Shown: positions 40,318-52,536, counted from the stretch's first letter. The stretch: DNA of 64,000 nt from an uncultured Chlamydiae bacterium (GCA_963754655.1 CAVWGN010000001.1:992001-1056000), one strand, 5' to 3'. Translations and numbers: made by a program. Notes: generated from the sequence alone by a model not told the origin.

Positions 40318-42102
40318 ATGCAAATTAACAAATTTTCAGAGACGGTGCAAAACAATTCAAACGAAAACTTGCTGGATAACTTAATTCCTAATGAAGTAGT
40401 AGGAGTGATTTTTGATCAAGTTATCAATCAAAGCCAATCTTTAAGAAGTATTTCTTCTATTTTACTGACTTGTAAAAAATGGAAAAGTATTCTTGAGAGG
40501 AACTTTTGTATTTCATTGGCGCAGGCATTTTTTCAACTTAAAAAGAAGCCTCCCTTCAAGATTACGTTTCCCCAATGTATCATAACTGATCAAAAGAATC
40601 AGCTTACCTCTGCGGAACTTAACTTGATTGATCGAGCCTTCAGTAAACAGCGTATCAGTTTTGAAAGGCTTTTAAATTGTGATACAAATTTATTTCAGCC
40701 GAAGTGTTTATCTCTTTCTCTTTTGAAGTTCTATTTATGGCATCCTGAAGCTTGTAAAGAAAGCGCCAATGAAAATATCCGACAGATAGCCAAAGAGCAA
40801 TTACAGATTTTAAGCTCTCTTACATCAGGCACTGATGATCAAAGACTGAGCGCGATCAAAGACTTTATCGGAAAACTTTACAGTGGTGGTCGAAATTTAA
40901 CATGGCCGCAGGAAAAAATATCTGTTGTCTCTACACTAAAAAATCTTTCCAATTTTAACGATAAAAACATTCTCATGCAAGTGATTCGGTATTTTGGAAG
41001 TGCTGTTTTTGATATACATGAAAGCCTTAAAAAAGATCGAGAAATTGTCTTAGCGGTCATTCAGCAAGATGGCTATGCTCTTCAATATGCAGATGATAGC
41101 CTTAAAAAAGATCGAGAAGTTGTCTTGGCTGCCGTTAAGCAAAATGGTAACGCTCTTCGTTTTGCAGATGAAAATCTTAAAAAAGATCGAGACATTGTGT
41201 TGGTTGCCGTTCAGCAATCTGGCAGAGCTCTTCAATATGCAGATGAAAGCCTTAAAAAAGATCGAGAGATTGTCTGGGTTGCCCTTCAGCAAAATGGCAA
41301 AGCTCTTGGATATGCAGATGAAAGCCTTAAAAAAGATCGAGACATTGTCTTGGTTGCGATTACTCAAGATGGCCAGGCTATTGAATTTGCAGATGAAAGC
41401 CTTAAAAAAGATCGAGAGATTGTCTTGGCTGCCGTTAAGCAAGATGGCTATAATCTTCACTATGCAGATGAAACCTTTAAAAAAGACCGAGAGTTTGTTT
41501 TGGCTGTTGTTCAGCAAAATGGCAATGCTCTTCTCTATGCAGATGAAAGTCTTAAACAAGATCGCGAAATTGTCTTGGCTGCTATTAAGCAAGATGGCAC
41601 TGCTCTTCTTTATGCAAATGAAAGCTTTAAACAAGATCGCGAAATTGTCTTGACTGCTGTTAAGCAAAATGGCTGTGCTCTTGTCTATGCAGTTAAAGGC
41701 CTTAAAAAAGATCGAGAAATTGTCTCAGCTAGCTTACAACAAAATTACGCATTTTTTGAATTTGCAGACGAAAGCCTTAAAAAAGATCGTGCAATTGTTT
41801 TGGTTGCCGTTCAGCAAAGTGGTTATGCTCTTAGATTTGCAGATAAGAGCTTTCAAAAAGATCGAGAGATTGTCTTGGCTGCCGTTAAGCAATATGGCTT
41901 AGCTCTTGAATTTGCAGATGAAAGCCTTAAAAAAGATCAAGAGATTGTTTTGACTGCCGTTAAGCAAGAGGGTATGGCTCTTCAATTTGCAGATGAAAGC
42001 CTTAGAAAAGATCAAGAGATTGTTTTGGCTGCCTTTCAGCAAGATCCAAAAGCTCTTAAATATGCAGATGAAAGTCTAAAAAAGATCGACAGATTGTCTT
42101 GA
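40318..42102 (+). CDS. F-box-like/DUF4116-repeat protein, array gene 1 (14 repeats)
   Basis: IPNEVVGVIFD...LTCKKWK; 25-aa repeats. Confidence 0.88.
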   Translation: MQINKFSETVQNNSNENLLDNLIPNEVVGVIFDQVINQSQSLRSISSILLTCKKWKSILERNFCISLAQAFFQLKKKPPFKITFPQCIITDQKNQLTSAELNLIDRAFSKQRISFERLLNCDTNLFQPKCLSLSLLKFYLWHPEACKESANENIRQIAKEQLQILSSLTSGTDDQRLSAIKDFIGKLYSGGRNLTWPQEKISVVSTLKNLSNFNDKNILMQVIRYFGSAVFDIHESLKKDREIVLAVIQQDGYALQYADDSLKKDREVVLAAVKQNGNALRFADENLKKDRDIVLVAVQQSGRALQYADESLKKDREIVWVALQQNGKALGYADESLKKDRDIVLVAITQDGQAIEFADESLKKDREIVLAAVKQDGYNLHYADETFKKDREFVLAVVQQNGNALLYADESLKQDREIVLAAIKQDGTALLYANESFKQDREIVLTAVKQNGCALVYAVKGLKKDREIVSASLQQNYAFFEFADESLKKDRAIVLVAVQQSGYALRFADKSFQKDREIVLAAVKQYGLALEFADESLKKDQEIVLTAVKQEGMALQFADESLRKDQEIVLAAFQQDPKALKYADESLKKIDRLS

Positions 42103-42107
42103 TTATA

Positions 42108-42131
42108 AGGCCCAGCTATCTTGCTGGGCCT
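42108..42131 (+). terminator. GC hairpin after each array gene
   Basis: AGGCCCAGC-TATCTT-GCTGGGCCT; recurs near 45182, 47754, 50171, 55543. Confidence 0.6.
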
Positions 42132-42463
42132 ACACTTTGTTCGATAGCCGCAAATAATCCAAGTTTCTCTCAGCGTTTTCTGCGGCTCTGCATTAAACCC
42201 GCCTTATATGTTCTATTTTATAGTTTTTGCCTATAGGGCAATTTTTAAGATTCTTATGGGCTGAGTGAAGAGAGATGAGCTAAAGCTAACGACGTCTTCA
42301 GTCTCCCTTCATTACAGATAGATAGCCAGGTGACTAACCATTAGAAAGCAATTTTTAAATAAATGATCGAGATGAGCAGAGGAGTTAGCCTTGTACAATT
42401 TCTTCCCAGTCCTTAGCTCCACAAAAGTACTCCTACAAGAATTATAAATATTATCTTGACTAG

Positions 42464-42890
42464 TACTCAACCACACTAGTTTTGTGTATTTAGACTGCTT
42501 CAAAGCGCTGGGATTGGGATGAGATGATTCTCTTGTAGTTCTTCAGACTACATGACGAGGGCTAATCTAACCCAGGGCGATGCCCTGGGCTATTTTATTT
42601 GAGCCTTTCAGGCTCGGAACATTGGACATCTTTTTATTAACTGTCTCTAAAATGATTGTGGAGTATGTACCATTTAATAGGCATGGGCCCTACAATCGTT
42701 ATAGAAGGAGGCCTTCTAAAAATTGTCCAATGTTCAGAGCCTGAAAGGCTTCAAATAAAATAGCCCAGGGCATCGCCCTGGGTTAGATTGTCCATCGTCA
42801 TGTAGTCTGAAGGACTACAAGAGAATCATCTCATCCCAATTCCGGGGTTTTGAAGCAGTCCCAATAGGCTAAAGCTAATGTAATGAAGTA
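42464..42890. mobile_element. Family A MITE, uninterrupted reference copy (427 bp)
   Basis: CTAG at 42460-42463 and 42891-42894; paralogous empty sites with a single CTAG at 45536 and 48102; about 165-bp inverted arms. Confidence 0.92.
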
Positions 42891-43241
42891 CTAGGGAGTA
42901 TATTGAAAATTGCACGACAGTTTTACGAGGGTCTTCCACTTCCATGAGGATTTGATAGAATCATCCCCTTAGGGTGTTGAAATTCTTTAAACTTAATGTG
43001 AAGAGGAACTTTGCCTTTTGGTTGAGTCATATAAAAACTCCTTGGATATTAAATAATTAAGTTTTAATAATTCAATAATTTTTTATAAAACTAATAGATT
43101 TTAAATAAGTTGATTTAATGGTTAGTCATCTTCAACGTATTATTAGTTTGTTGATTTATAGTATTTAATATTATATGATAAAAAATCATATTAATTTCAT
43201 CTGTTTAATATAAAAATTAAAAATTTAATTAAGGAATAATT

Positions 43242-45176
43242 ATGCAAATTAACAAATTTTCAGAGACAGTGCAAAACAATTCAAACGAAAACTTGCTGGA
43301 CAACTTACTTCCTAATGAAGTAGTAGGAGTGATTTTTGATCAAGTTATCAATCAAAGCCAATCTTTAAGAAGTATTTCTTCTATTTTACTGACTTGTAAA
43401 AAATGGAAAAGTATTCTTGAGGGGAATTTTTGTATTTCATTGGCGCAGGCATTTTTTCAAATTAACAAGAAGCCTATCTTCAAGATTACGTTTCCCCAAT
43501 GTATCATAACTGATCAAAAGAAGCAGCTTACATCTGCGGAACTTAACTTGATTAATCGAGCCTTCAGTAAACAGCGTATCAGTTTTGAAAGGCTTTTAAA
43601 GTGGGATACAAATTTATTTCAGCCGAAGTGTTTATCTCTTTCTCTTTTGAATTTCTATTTATGGAATCCTGAAGCTTGTAAAGAAAGCGCTAATGAAAAT
43701 ATCCGACAGATAGCTAAAGAGCAATCACAGATTTTAGACTCTCTGACATCAGGCACTGATGATCAAAGACTGAATGCGATCAAAGACTTTATTGGAAAAC
43801 TTTACAAGGGTGTTCGAAGTTTAACATGGCAGCAGAAAAAAATATCTGTTGTCTCTACACTAAAAAATCTTCCCAATTTTAACGATAAAAACATTCTCAT
43901 GCAAGTGATTCACTATTTTGGAAGTGCTGTTTTTGATATACATGAAAGCCTTAAAAAAGATCGAGAAATTGTCTTAGCGGTTATTCAGCAAGATGGCGGG
44001 GCTCTTTACGATGCAGATGAAAGCTTTAAAAAAGATCGAGAAGTTGTCTTGGCTGCCGTTAAGCAATATGGTAAAGCTCTTCATTTTGCAGATAAAAGTC
44101 TTAAAAAAGATCGAGACATTGTGTTGGTTGCCTTTCAGCAATATGGCAGAGCTCTTAAATATGCAGATGAAAGCCTTAAAAAAGATCGTGAGATTGTGTT
44201 GGCGGCCCTTCAGCAAGATGGCAAAGCTCTTAAATATGCAGATGAAAGTCTTAAAAAAGATCGAGACATTGTCTTGGCTGCCGTTAAGCAAAATGGCCGG
44301 GCTCTTCAATATGCAGATGAAAGTCTTAAAAAAGATCGAGAGATTATCTGGGCTACTGTCCAGCAAGATGGCTGGGCTCTTCAATATGTAGATGAAAGCC
44401 TTAAAAAAGATCGAGACATTGTCTTGGTGGCCGTTAATAAAAACGGCTATGCTCTTGAATATGCAGATGAAAGCTTTAAAAAAGATCGAGACATTGTCTT
44501 GGCTGCCGTTAAGCAAGATGGCTATGCTCTTAAATTTGCAGATGAAAGCCTTAAAAAAGATCGAGAGTTTGTTTTGTCTGCTGTTAAGCAAAATGGCACT
44601 GCTCTTCAATATGCAGATGAAAGCCTTAAACAAGATCGCGAAATTGTTTTGGCTGCCGTTAAGCAAAATGGCTATGCTCTTCAATTTGTAGATAAAAGCC
44701 TTAAAAAAGATCGAGAGATTGCCTCAGCTAGTTTACAACAAAATGGCTCATTTTTTGAATTGGCAGACGAAAGTTTTAGAAAAGATCGAGAGTTTGTTTT
44801 GGTTATCATTCAGCAAGATGGCACAACTCTTGAATATGCAGATGAAAGCCTTAAAAAAGATCAAGAGGTTGTCTTGGTTGCCGTTAAGCAAAGTGGCTAT
44901 GCTCTTCGATATGCAGATGAAAGCCTTAAAAAAGATCAAGAGGTTGTCTTGGTTGCCGTTAAGCAAAGTGGCATGGCTCTTCAATTTGCAGATGAAAGTC
45001 TAAAAAAAGATCGAGAAATTGTTTTGGCTGCCGTTAAGCAAGAGGGTATGGCTCTTCAGTTTGCAGATGAAAGCCTTAGAAAAGATCAAGAGATTGTTTT
45101 GGCTGCCTTTCAGCAAGATCCAAAAGCTCTTAAATATGCAGATGAAAGTTTAAAAAAGATCGACAGATTGTCTTGA
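43242..45176 (+). CDS. F-box-like/DUF4116-repeat protein, array gene 2 (16 repeats)
   Basis: Paralogue of gene 1, 50 aa longer. Confidence 0.88.
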   Translation: MQINKFSETVQNNSNENLLDNLLPNEVVGVIFDQVINQSQSLRSISSILLTCKKWKSILEGNFCISLAQAFFQINKKPIFKITFPQCIITDQKKQLTSAELNLINRAFSKQRISFERLLKWDTNLFQPKCLSLSLLNFYLWNPEACKESANENIRQIAKEQSQILDSLTSGTDDQRLNAIKDFIGKLYKGVRSLTWQQKKISVVSTLKNLPNFNDKNILMQVIHYFGSAVFDIHESLKKDREIVLAVIQQDGGALYDADESFKKDREVVLAAVKQYGKALHFADKSLKKDRDIVLVAFQQYGRALKYADESLKKDREIVLAALQQDGKALKYADESLKKDRDIVLAAVKQNGRALQYADESLKKDREIIWATVQQDGWALQYVDESLKKDRDIVLVAVNKNGYALEYADESFKKDRDIVLAAVKQDGYALKFADESLKKDREFVLSAVKQNGTALQYADESLKQDREIVLAAVKQNGYALQFVDKSLKKDREIASASLQQNGSFFELADESFRKDREFVLVIIQQDGTTLEYADESLKKDQEVVLVAVKQSGYALRYADESLKKDQEVVLVAVKQSGMALQFADESLKKDREIVLAAVKQEGMALQFADESLRKDQEIVLAAFQQDPKALKYADESLKKIDRLS

Positions 45177-45469
45177 TTATAAGGCCCAGCTATCTTGCTG
45201 GGCCTACACTTTGTTCGATAGCCGCAAGTAATCCAAGTTTGTCTCGGCGTTTGCTCAGCGTTTCTCGGCTTTGCGTTAAACCCTCCTTATGTTCAGTCCT
45301 ATTAGTTTTTGCCTATTAGGGCGATTTTAAAATTCCTATGGGTTAAGTGAAGAGAGATGAGCTAAAGCTAACGCCGCTTCAATCGCCCTTCATTAAAGAT
45401 AGATAGCCAGGTGACTCACCATTAAAAGCAATTTTTAAATAAATGATCGCGATAGAAGAGGAGGCGCCT

Positions 45470-45678
45470 GTACAATTTCTTCCCAGTTCTTAGCTCCACA
45501 AAGCACTCCTACAAGAGTTATAAATATTATCTTGACTAGGGAATGTTGAAAATTGCAAGACGCGGTTTACGAGGGTCTTCCACTTCCATGAGGATTGAAT
45601 AATAGAATCATTTACCTTAGGGTGTTGAAATTCTTTAAACTTAATGTGAAGAGGAACTTTGCCTTTTGGTTGACTCAT
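45470..45678 (-). pseudogene. ISAs1-family transposase N-terminal remnant, frameshifted
   Basis: Paralogous to 47977-48243. Confidence 0.6.
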
Positions 45679-45889
45679 ATAAGAACTCATTTGATATTAA
45701 AAACTTAAGTTTTAATAATTCAAGAATTCTTCATAAAGCTAATAAATTTTAAACAAATTGATTTAATGCTTAGTCACCTGCATTCCATTATTAGTTTGTT
45801 TATTTATAGTATTTAATATTATATCATAAAAAATGATATTAATTTTATGTGCTTAATATAAAAACTAAAATTTTAATTAAGGAATAATT

Positions 45890-47749
45890 ATGCAAATTAA
45901 CACGTTTTATTCAGAAACGTTGCAAAACAATTCAAACGAAAACTTGCTAGACAACTTACTTCCTAATGAAGTAGTAGGAGTGATTTTTGATCAAGTTATC
46001 AATCAAAGCAAATGTTTAAGAAGTATTTCTTCTATTTTACTGACTTGTAAAAAATGGAAAAGCATTCTTGAAGGGAACTTTTGTGTTTCATTGGCACAGG
46101 CATTTTTTCAACTTAACAAGAAGCCTCCCTCCAAGATTACGTTTCCCCACTGTATCATAACTGATCAAAAGAAGCTTACCTCTGCGGAACTTAACTTGAT
46201 TGATCGAGCCTTCCGTAAACAGTCTATCAAGTTTGAAAGCTTGTTAAGGCAGGATACAAATTTATTTCAGCCGAAGTGTTTATCTCTTTCTCTTTTGAAT
46301 TTCTATACATGGGATCCTGAAGCTTGTAAAGAGAGCGCCAATGAAAATATCCGACAGATAGCTAAAGAGCAATTACAGATTTTAGACTCTCTGACATCAG
46401 GCACTGATGATCAAAGACTGAACGCGATCAAAGACTTTATCGGAAAACTTTACAGTGGGGGTCGAAATTCAACATGGCCGCAGGAAAAAATATCTATTAT
46501 CTCTACACTAAAAAATCTTCCCAATTTTAACGATAAAAACATTCTCATGCAAGTGATTCGGTATTTTGGAAGTGCTGTTTTTGATATACATGAAAGCCTT
46601 AAAAAAGATCGAGAAATTGTTTTAGCGGTCATTCAGCAAGATGGCGAGACTCTTTTCTATGCGGATGAAAGTCTTAAAAAAGATCGAGAAGTTGTCTTGG
46701 CTGCCGTTAAGCAAAATGGTAACGCTCTTCATTTTGCAGATAAAAATCTTAAAAAAGATCGAGACATTGTGTTGGTTGCCATTCGGCAAGACGGCAGAGC
46801 TCTTAAATATGCAGATAAAAGTTTTAAAAAAGATCGAGAGATTGTCTGGATTGCCATTCAGCAAGATGGCACGGCTCTTAAATATGCAGATAATAGCCTT
46901 AAACAAGATCAAGAGACTGTCTTGGCTGCGGTTAAGCAAGATGGCTATGCTCTTAAATATGCAGATGAAAGCTTTAAAAAAGATCGAGAGATTGTTTTGA
47001 TTGCTGTTCAGCAAAATGGCTGGGCTCTTCAATATGCAAATGGAAGCCTTATAAGAGATCAAGAGATTGTGTTGGCTGCCGTTCAGCAAAATGGCTATAC
47101 CTTTAATTATGCATGTGTAAGCTTTAAAATAGATCGAGAGTTTGTTTTGGCTGCTGTTCAGCAAAGTGGCACTGCTCTTCTCTATACAGCTGAAAGCCTT
47201 AAACAAGATCGCGAAATTGTCTTGGCTGCTGTTAAGCAAGATGGTTACGCTCTTCAATTTGCAGATAAAAGCCTTAAAAAAGATCGAGAGATTGTCTTAG
47301 CTAGTTTACAACAAAATTACGCATTTTTTGAATTTGCAGACGAAAGCCTTAGAAAAGATCGAGAGTTTGTTTTGGCTATCATTCAGCAAGATGGCATAAC
47401 TCTTGAATATGCAGATGAAAGCCTTAAAAAAGATCGAGATATGGTCTTGGTTGCTGTTCAGCAAAATGGCTATGCTCTTCACTATGCAGATAAAAGCCTT
47501 CAAAAAGATCGAGAGGTTGTCTTGGCTGCCGTTAAGCAAAATGGCTATGCTCTTAGATTTGCAGATGAGAGCCTTCAAAAAGATCGAGAGATTGTTTTGG
47601 CTGCCGTTAAGCAAGAGGGTATGGCTCTTGAATTTGCAGATGAAAGCCTTAGAAAAGATCAAGAGATTGTTTTGGCTGCGTTTCAGCAAAATGCAAAGGC
47701 TCTTAAATATGCAGATAAAAGTCTAAAAAAGATCGACAGATTGTCTTGA
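45890..47749 (+). CDS. F-box-like/DUF4116-repeat protein, array gene 3 (15 repeats)
   Basis: Paralogue, 619 aa. Confidence 0.88.
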   Translation: MQINTFYSETLQNNSNENLLDNLLPNEVVGVIFDQVINQSKCLRSISSILLTCKKWKSILEGNFCVSLAQAFFQLNKKPPSKITFPHCIITDQKKLTSAELNLIDRAFRKQSIKFESLLRQDTNLFQPKCLSLSLLNFYTWDPEACKESANENIRQIAKEQLQILDSLTSGTDDQRLNAIKDFIGKLYSGGRNSTWPQEKISIISTLKNLPNFNDKNILMQVIRYFGSAVFDIHESLKKDREIVLAVIQQDGETLFYADESLKKDREVVLAAVKQNGNALHFADKNLKKDRDIVLVAIRQDGRALKYADKSFKKDREIVWIAIQQDGTALKYADNSLKQDQETVLAAVKQDGYALKYADESFKKDREIVLIAVQQNGWALQYANGSLIRDQEIVLAAVQQNGYTFNYACVSFKIDREFVLAAVQQSGTALLYTAESLKQDREIVLAAVKQDGYALQFADKSLKKDREIVLASLQQNYAFFEFADESLRKDREFVLAIIQQDGITLEYADESLKKDRDMVLVAVQQNGYALHYADKSLQKDREVVLAAVKQNGYALRFADESLQKDREIVLAAVKQEGMALEFADESLRKDQEIVLAAFQQNAKALKYADKSLKKIDRLS

Positions 47750-47976
47750 TTATAAGGTCCAGCTATCTTGCTGGGCCTATACCTTGTTCAATAGCCGCAA
47801 GTGATCCAAGTTCTGTCGGCGTTTGCTCAGCGTTTTCTGCGGCTCTGCGTTATATGTTCTGTTTTATAGCTTTTGCCTATAAGGCAATTTTAAAATTCTT
47901 ATGGGCTGACTGAAGAGAAATAAACTAAAGCTAACGCCGCCTTCAGTCGCCTTTCATAAAGATAATAGCCAGGTGG

Positions 47977-48243
47977 TTAATTATTAAAAGCAATTTTTAA
48001 ATAAACGATCGCGATAAGAAGAGGAGTTAGCCTGTATACAATTTCTTCCCAATCCTTAGCTCCACAAAGCAATCCTACAAGAGTTATAAATATTATCTTG
48101 ACTAGGGAACGTTGAAAATTGCACGACGGTTTACGAGGGTCTTTTATTTCTATAAGGATGTGAATAATAGAATCATTCGCCTGAGGGTGGTAAAATTCTT
48201 TGAACTTAATGTGAAGAGGAACTTTGCCTTTTGGTCGACTCAT
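47977..48243 (-). pseudogene. ISAs1-family transposase N-terminal remnant
   Basis: IKDPR...SLVKIIFITLVGLLCGAKDWEEI matches the DPR...L..GA..W..I pattern of the ISAs1 (H-repeat) N-terminal domain; no DDE core follows. Confidence 0.7.
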
Positions 48244-48454
48244 ATAAAAATTCCTTGGATATTAAATAATTAAGTTTGAATAATTCAAGAATTTATTATA
48301 AAACTAATAGATTTTAAATAACTTGATTTAATGGTTAGTCATCTTCAACGTATTATTAGTTTATTGATTTATAGTATTTAATACTATATCATAAAAATTC
48401 GTGTTAATTTTACCCGTATAATATAAAAACTAAAAATTTAATTAAGGAATAATT

Positions 48455-50165
48455 ATGCAAATTAACAAATTTTCAGAGACAGTGCAAAACACTTCAAACG
48501 AAAACTTGCTGGACAACTTAATTCCTAATGAAGTAGTAGGAGTGATTTTTGATCAAGTTATCAATCAAAGCCAATCTTTAAGAAGTATTTCTTCTATTTT
48601 ACTGACTTGTAAAAAATGGAAAAGTATTCTTGAGGGGAACTTTTGTATTTCATTGGCGCAGGCATTTTCTCAACTTAAAAAGAAGCCTCCCTTCAAGATT
48701 ACGTTTCCCCAATGTATCATAACTGATCAAAAGAAGCAGCTTACATCTGCGGAACTTAATTTGATTGATCGAGCCTTCCGTAAACAGCTTATCAGGTTTG
48801 AAAGCTTGTTAAGGTAGGATATAAATTTATTTCATCCGAAGGTGTTTATCTCTTTCTCTTTTGAATTTCTATTTATGGGATCCTGAAGTTTGCAAAGAAA
48901 GCGCCAATGAAAATATCCGACAGATAGCTAAAGAGCAATTACAGATTTTAGACTCTCTGACATCAGGCACTGATGATCAAAGACTGAGCGCGATCAAAGA
49001 CTTTATTGGAAAACTTTACAGTGGTGGTCGAAATTTAACATGGCCGCAGAAAAAAACATCTGTTATCTCTACACTAAAAAATCTTCCCAATTTTAACGAT
49101 AAAAACATTCTCATGCAAGTGATTCACTATTTTAGAAGTGCTGTTTTTGATATACATGAAAGCCTTAAAAAAGATCGAGAAATTGTTTTAGCGGTCATTC
49201 AGCAAGATGGCGAGACTCTTTTCTATGCGGATGAAAGCCTTAAAAAAGATCGAGAAGTTGTCTTGGCTGCCGTTAAGCAAAATGGTAACGCTCTTCATTT
49301 TGCAGATAAAGATCTTAAGAAAGATCGAGACATTGTGTTGGTTGCCGTTCAGCAAGACGGCAGAGCTCTTAAATATGCAGATGAAAGTTTTAAAAAAGAT
49401 CGAGAGATTGTCTGGATTGCCCTTCAGCAAGATGGCACGGCTCTTAAATATGCAGATGATAGCCTTAAACAAGATCGAGAGACTGTCTTGGCTGCGGTTA
49501 AGCAAGATGGCTATGCTCTTAAATATGCAGATGAAAGCTTTAAAAAAGATCGAGAGATTGTTTTGATTACTGTTCAGCAAAATGGCGGCGCTCTTGACTA
49601 TGCAAATGAAAGCCTTAAAAAAGATCGAGAGATTGTCTTGGCTGCCGTTCAGCAAAAGGGCTATGCTCTTCTCTATGCAGATGAAAGCCTTACAACAGAT
49701 CGAGAGTTTTTTTTGGCTGCTGTTCAGCAAAATGGCACTGCTCTTAAATATGCAGATGAAAGCCTTAAACAAGATCGCGAAATTGTTTTGGCTGCTGTTA
49801 AGAAAAATGGCTATGCTCTTGAATATGCAGATGAAAGCCTTAAAAAAAATCGAGATATGGTCTTGTTTGCTGTTCAGCAAAATGGCTATGCTCTTCACTA
49901 TGCAGATAAAAGCCTTCAAAAAGATCGAAAGGTTGTCTTGGCTGCCGTTAAGCAAAATGGCTATGCTCTTAGATTTGCAGATGAGAGCCTTCAAAAAGAT
50001 CGAGAGATTGTTTTGGCTGCCGTTAAGCAAGAGGGCATGGCTCTTGAATTTGCAGATGAAAGCCTTAGAAAAGATCAAGAGATTGTTTTGGCTGCCTTTC
50101 AGCAAGATCCAAAAGCTCTTAAATATGCAGATGAAAGTTTAAAAAAGATTGACAGATTGTCCTGA
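48455..50165 (+). pseudogene. Array gene 4 (13 repeats), disrupted
   Basis: TAG at 48815-48817 where paralogues have TGT/TGG/CAG, plus an extra G near 48841. Confidence 0.88.
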
Positions 50166-50937
50166 TTATAAGGCCCAGCTATCTTGCTGGCCTACACTTT
50201 GTGCGATAGATGCAAGTTATTCAAAAGTTCTCTCGGCGTTTGCTCAGCGCTCTCTGCAGCTCTGCGTTAAACCCGCCTTATGTTCTGTCTTATTAGTTTT
50301 TGCCTATTAAGTCACCTTACGCAAGCGAGGTTAAAGAATCAGTAATATCCTTTAAATAACCAATAGCTTGATTTTTTTAATAGCCTGAAAGGCTTCAAAG
50401 AAAATAGCCCAGGGCATGTCTGAAAAACATTACCAAAAAGTGATATAAATGATAATACACGCAATTATAACCACTCCTCTATATATTTTTTCTAACTCAT
50501 AACGGGTGTTTTACTAAAATATTTGACATTTGCAGCCCTTCAGGCTGCATGACACAACTCACTCATACCCAGGGCTAGGGTATTCATTTTGTGCAAAAAA
50601 TGAGCTTTATTTTTCACAATAATTGGCATAGTTAAATTGAAGGTCGTATGTTTATGCCGTCCTTTCAGGACTCGATGTCTTTTTGATAGAACCCAGGCCT
50701 CCGCTTCGCTGCGACCTGGGCTGTAACATGACGGCCCTTCAGGCCTTAACAAGAGATGTTTAAGTCCCTCTTCTATAGTCCCTAAATCATCTTTTGTTAA
50801 GGCCTGAAGGGCCGTCAATGTTGTCCGATCAAGCACATAGGTAACACATTATCCAAGGACATAGGTAACTCTATCTAAGCACATGGGTAACGGTTTTAAT
50901 TAAAATAAAACACTTATATAATAAGGCAATGTCCTTT

Positions 50938-51381
50938 TTAGGCCCATCTATAAAGACAACTTTTTTGGTACAGCCTTTCAAGAGCCAGCTTAAACTCACT
51001 TATTACTATAGTTAAAGGGAGGTCATCTCCTGTTACACTGTCCTTAACATATTTTTCGTAAATTTTCAAATCACTCCACTTTTTTGTCATAGCAATTCTA
51101 ATGCATATTCTCGATTGAATTGACATGTATCGTTAACAACTGTACTTCCATTTTGAAGGAGATTACGAATAAATCCCCCAGTATTCAGGATTTTCTGCCC
51201 TGAAGTCATTCTTACATTTGCAAACTCAACAACTTCTTTTAGCCTTTTTGAAGGGTATGTTTTTACCCAATAGCAAAGAGTTCCATCATCTGTATTTATT
51301 TCTTGCTCTTTCAACCATACGTATATCCTAATTTGCTCATCTGTAAGTTTAAACTTTTTGGTAGAAAATTTGTGTTTTCCT
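50938..51381 (-). pseudogene. Frameshifted passenger gene fragment inside the IS
   Basis: Overlapping ORFs 51087-51314 and 50938-51126 read as one broken frame; function not recognised. Confidence 0.45.
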
Positions 51382-52536
51382 TCATAATCTCTTAAACCCT
51401 CTGGCCATGTTAATTTTTCCTAGGAGAATTGGGCCGAAATAAATCCCCATTATCCCTACTTCAATTTCTCTGAGTCCTACATATTCCCCTCGTAGCATTT
51501 CACTAATGAAGAAATAGGTGCCCTTCCAAGAAATCAATCCTCCTGCGCAAACTTTTCTGACTTCATAGTAACTGGGGTATTCAATGGGTTTGAATTTACC
51601 ATCCCAAATAGGTCGAGAAGGTTTATACACGGAAGCTGGTGTTTGCTGGCCTAATGCTTCGTGGTAACGTCTGTTATTGTAATATTTTTTGAATTGAAGA
51701 AATTTTTCCTGTTGAAGAGATAACGTCAAGGCTGGGGGATTTGCTGTCTCATTTTTTAGAGTTAAATGAAACCTCTCATGCCTACCGTTTTGTTCAGGAC
51801 ATCCAGGATCGATCCATTCTGGAGTAACGCCAATTTTGATTAATTTAATTGCAATGCTAGATAATCGACCTACAGCCAAAGAAGCAAAAGGGGGACCATT
51901 ATCACTTCGCAATTTCTTTGGTAATCCGTACACATAAAAAAGTTGTTCTAATTCCTTCCAAACATCACATCCCCGTTTCCTTGGCATATGTTGACAATGA
52001 AGAAGATAGCGAGAAAAGCCATCTGTAACTGTTAAAGGTTCGCATATTTGATTATCACCTGTTCGAAACCACCCTTTAAAATCATACATCCAGGTATCAT
52101 TTGAAGCGTTGCAATCGCCCAATGGAGCTGTTTGAGTAACATGTCTCCTGTGGATTCGTTGATTGGACAAATTATTTCTCTTTAAAATATTACCGATACT
52201 GGCTTCAGAAGGCACTAATAATTCACGATAGTGATTTACAAGCTCGGCTCGTATTTTTTTAGGGCCCCAGTTAGGAAATTGCTTGCGAATACTGACAGTT
52301 GCTAATTCAACTTCTTTTGAAATTTGATTAGGGTGGGAAAAGGGAGCCCGAGAAAGGTCTTCAAGGCCCTTTTCTCCGTTTTTTTTAAATCTATTTAACC
52401 ATTTATATCCTGTTTTAGTACTAATATTGTAACTTTCACATAAATCTGCAAAAGCTACATGGCGGCGATCAGTGCGTAAAGCTTGATCTATGAATTTTTT
52501 ACGTTCCTCTGTAGTCGACATAATCCTCCAAGGCAT
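51382..52536 (-). CDS. IS481-family DDE transposase
   Basis: MPW start, HTH (ISTKTGYKWLNRF), WMYDFKG, SDNGPPF, NGRHERFH. Confidence 0.93.
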   Translation of the reverse strand: MPWRIMSTTEERKKFIDQALRTDRRHVAFADLCESYNISTKTGYKWLNRFKKNGEKGLEDLSRAPFSHPNQISKEVELATVSIRKQFPNWGPKKIRAELVNHYRELLVPSEASIGNILKRNNLSNQRIHRRHVTQTAPLGDCNASNDTWMYDFKGWFRTGDNQICEPLTVTDGFSRYLLHCQHMPRKRGCDVWKELEQLFYVYGLPKKLRSDNGPPFASLAVGRLSSIAIKLIKIGVTPEWIDPGCPEQNGRHERFHLTLKNETANPPALTLSLQQEKFLQFKKYYNNRRYHEALGQQTPASVYKPSRPIWDGKFKPIEYPSYYEVRKVCAGGLISWKGTYFFISEMLRGEYVGLREIEVGIMGIYFGPILLGKINMARGFKRL

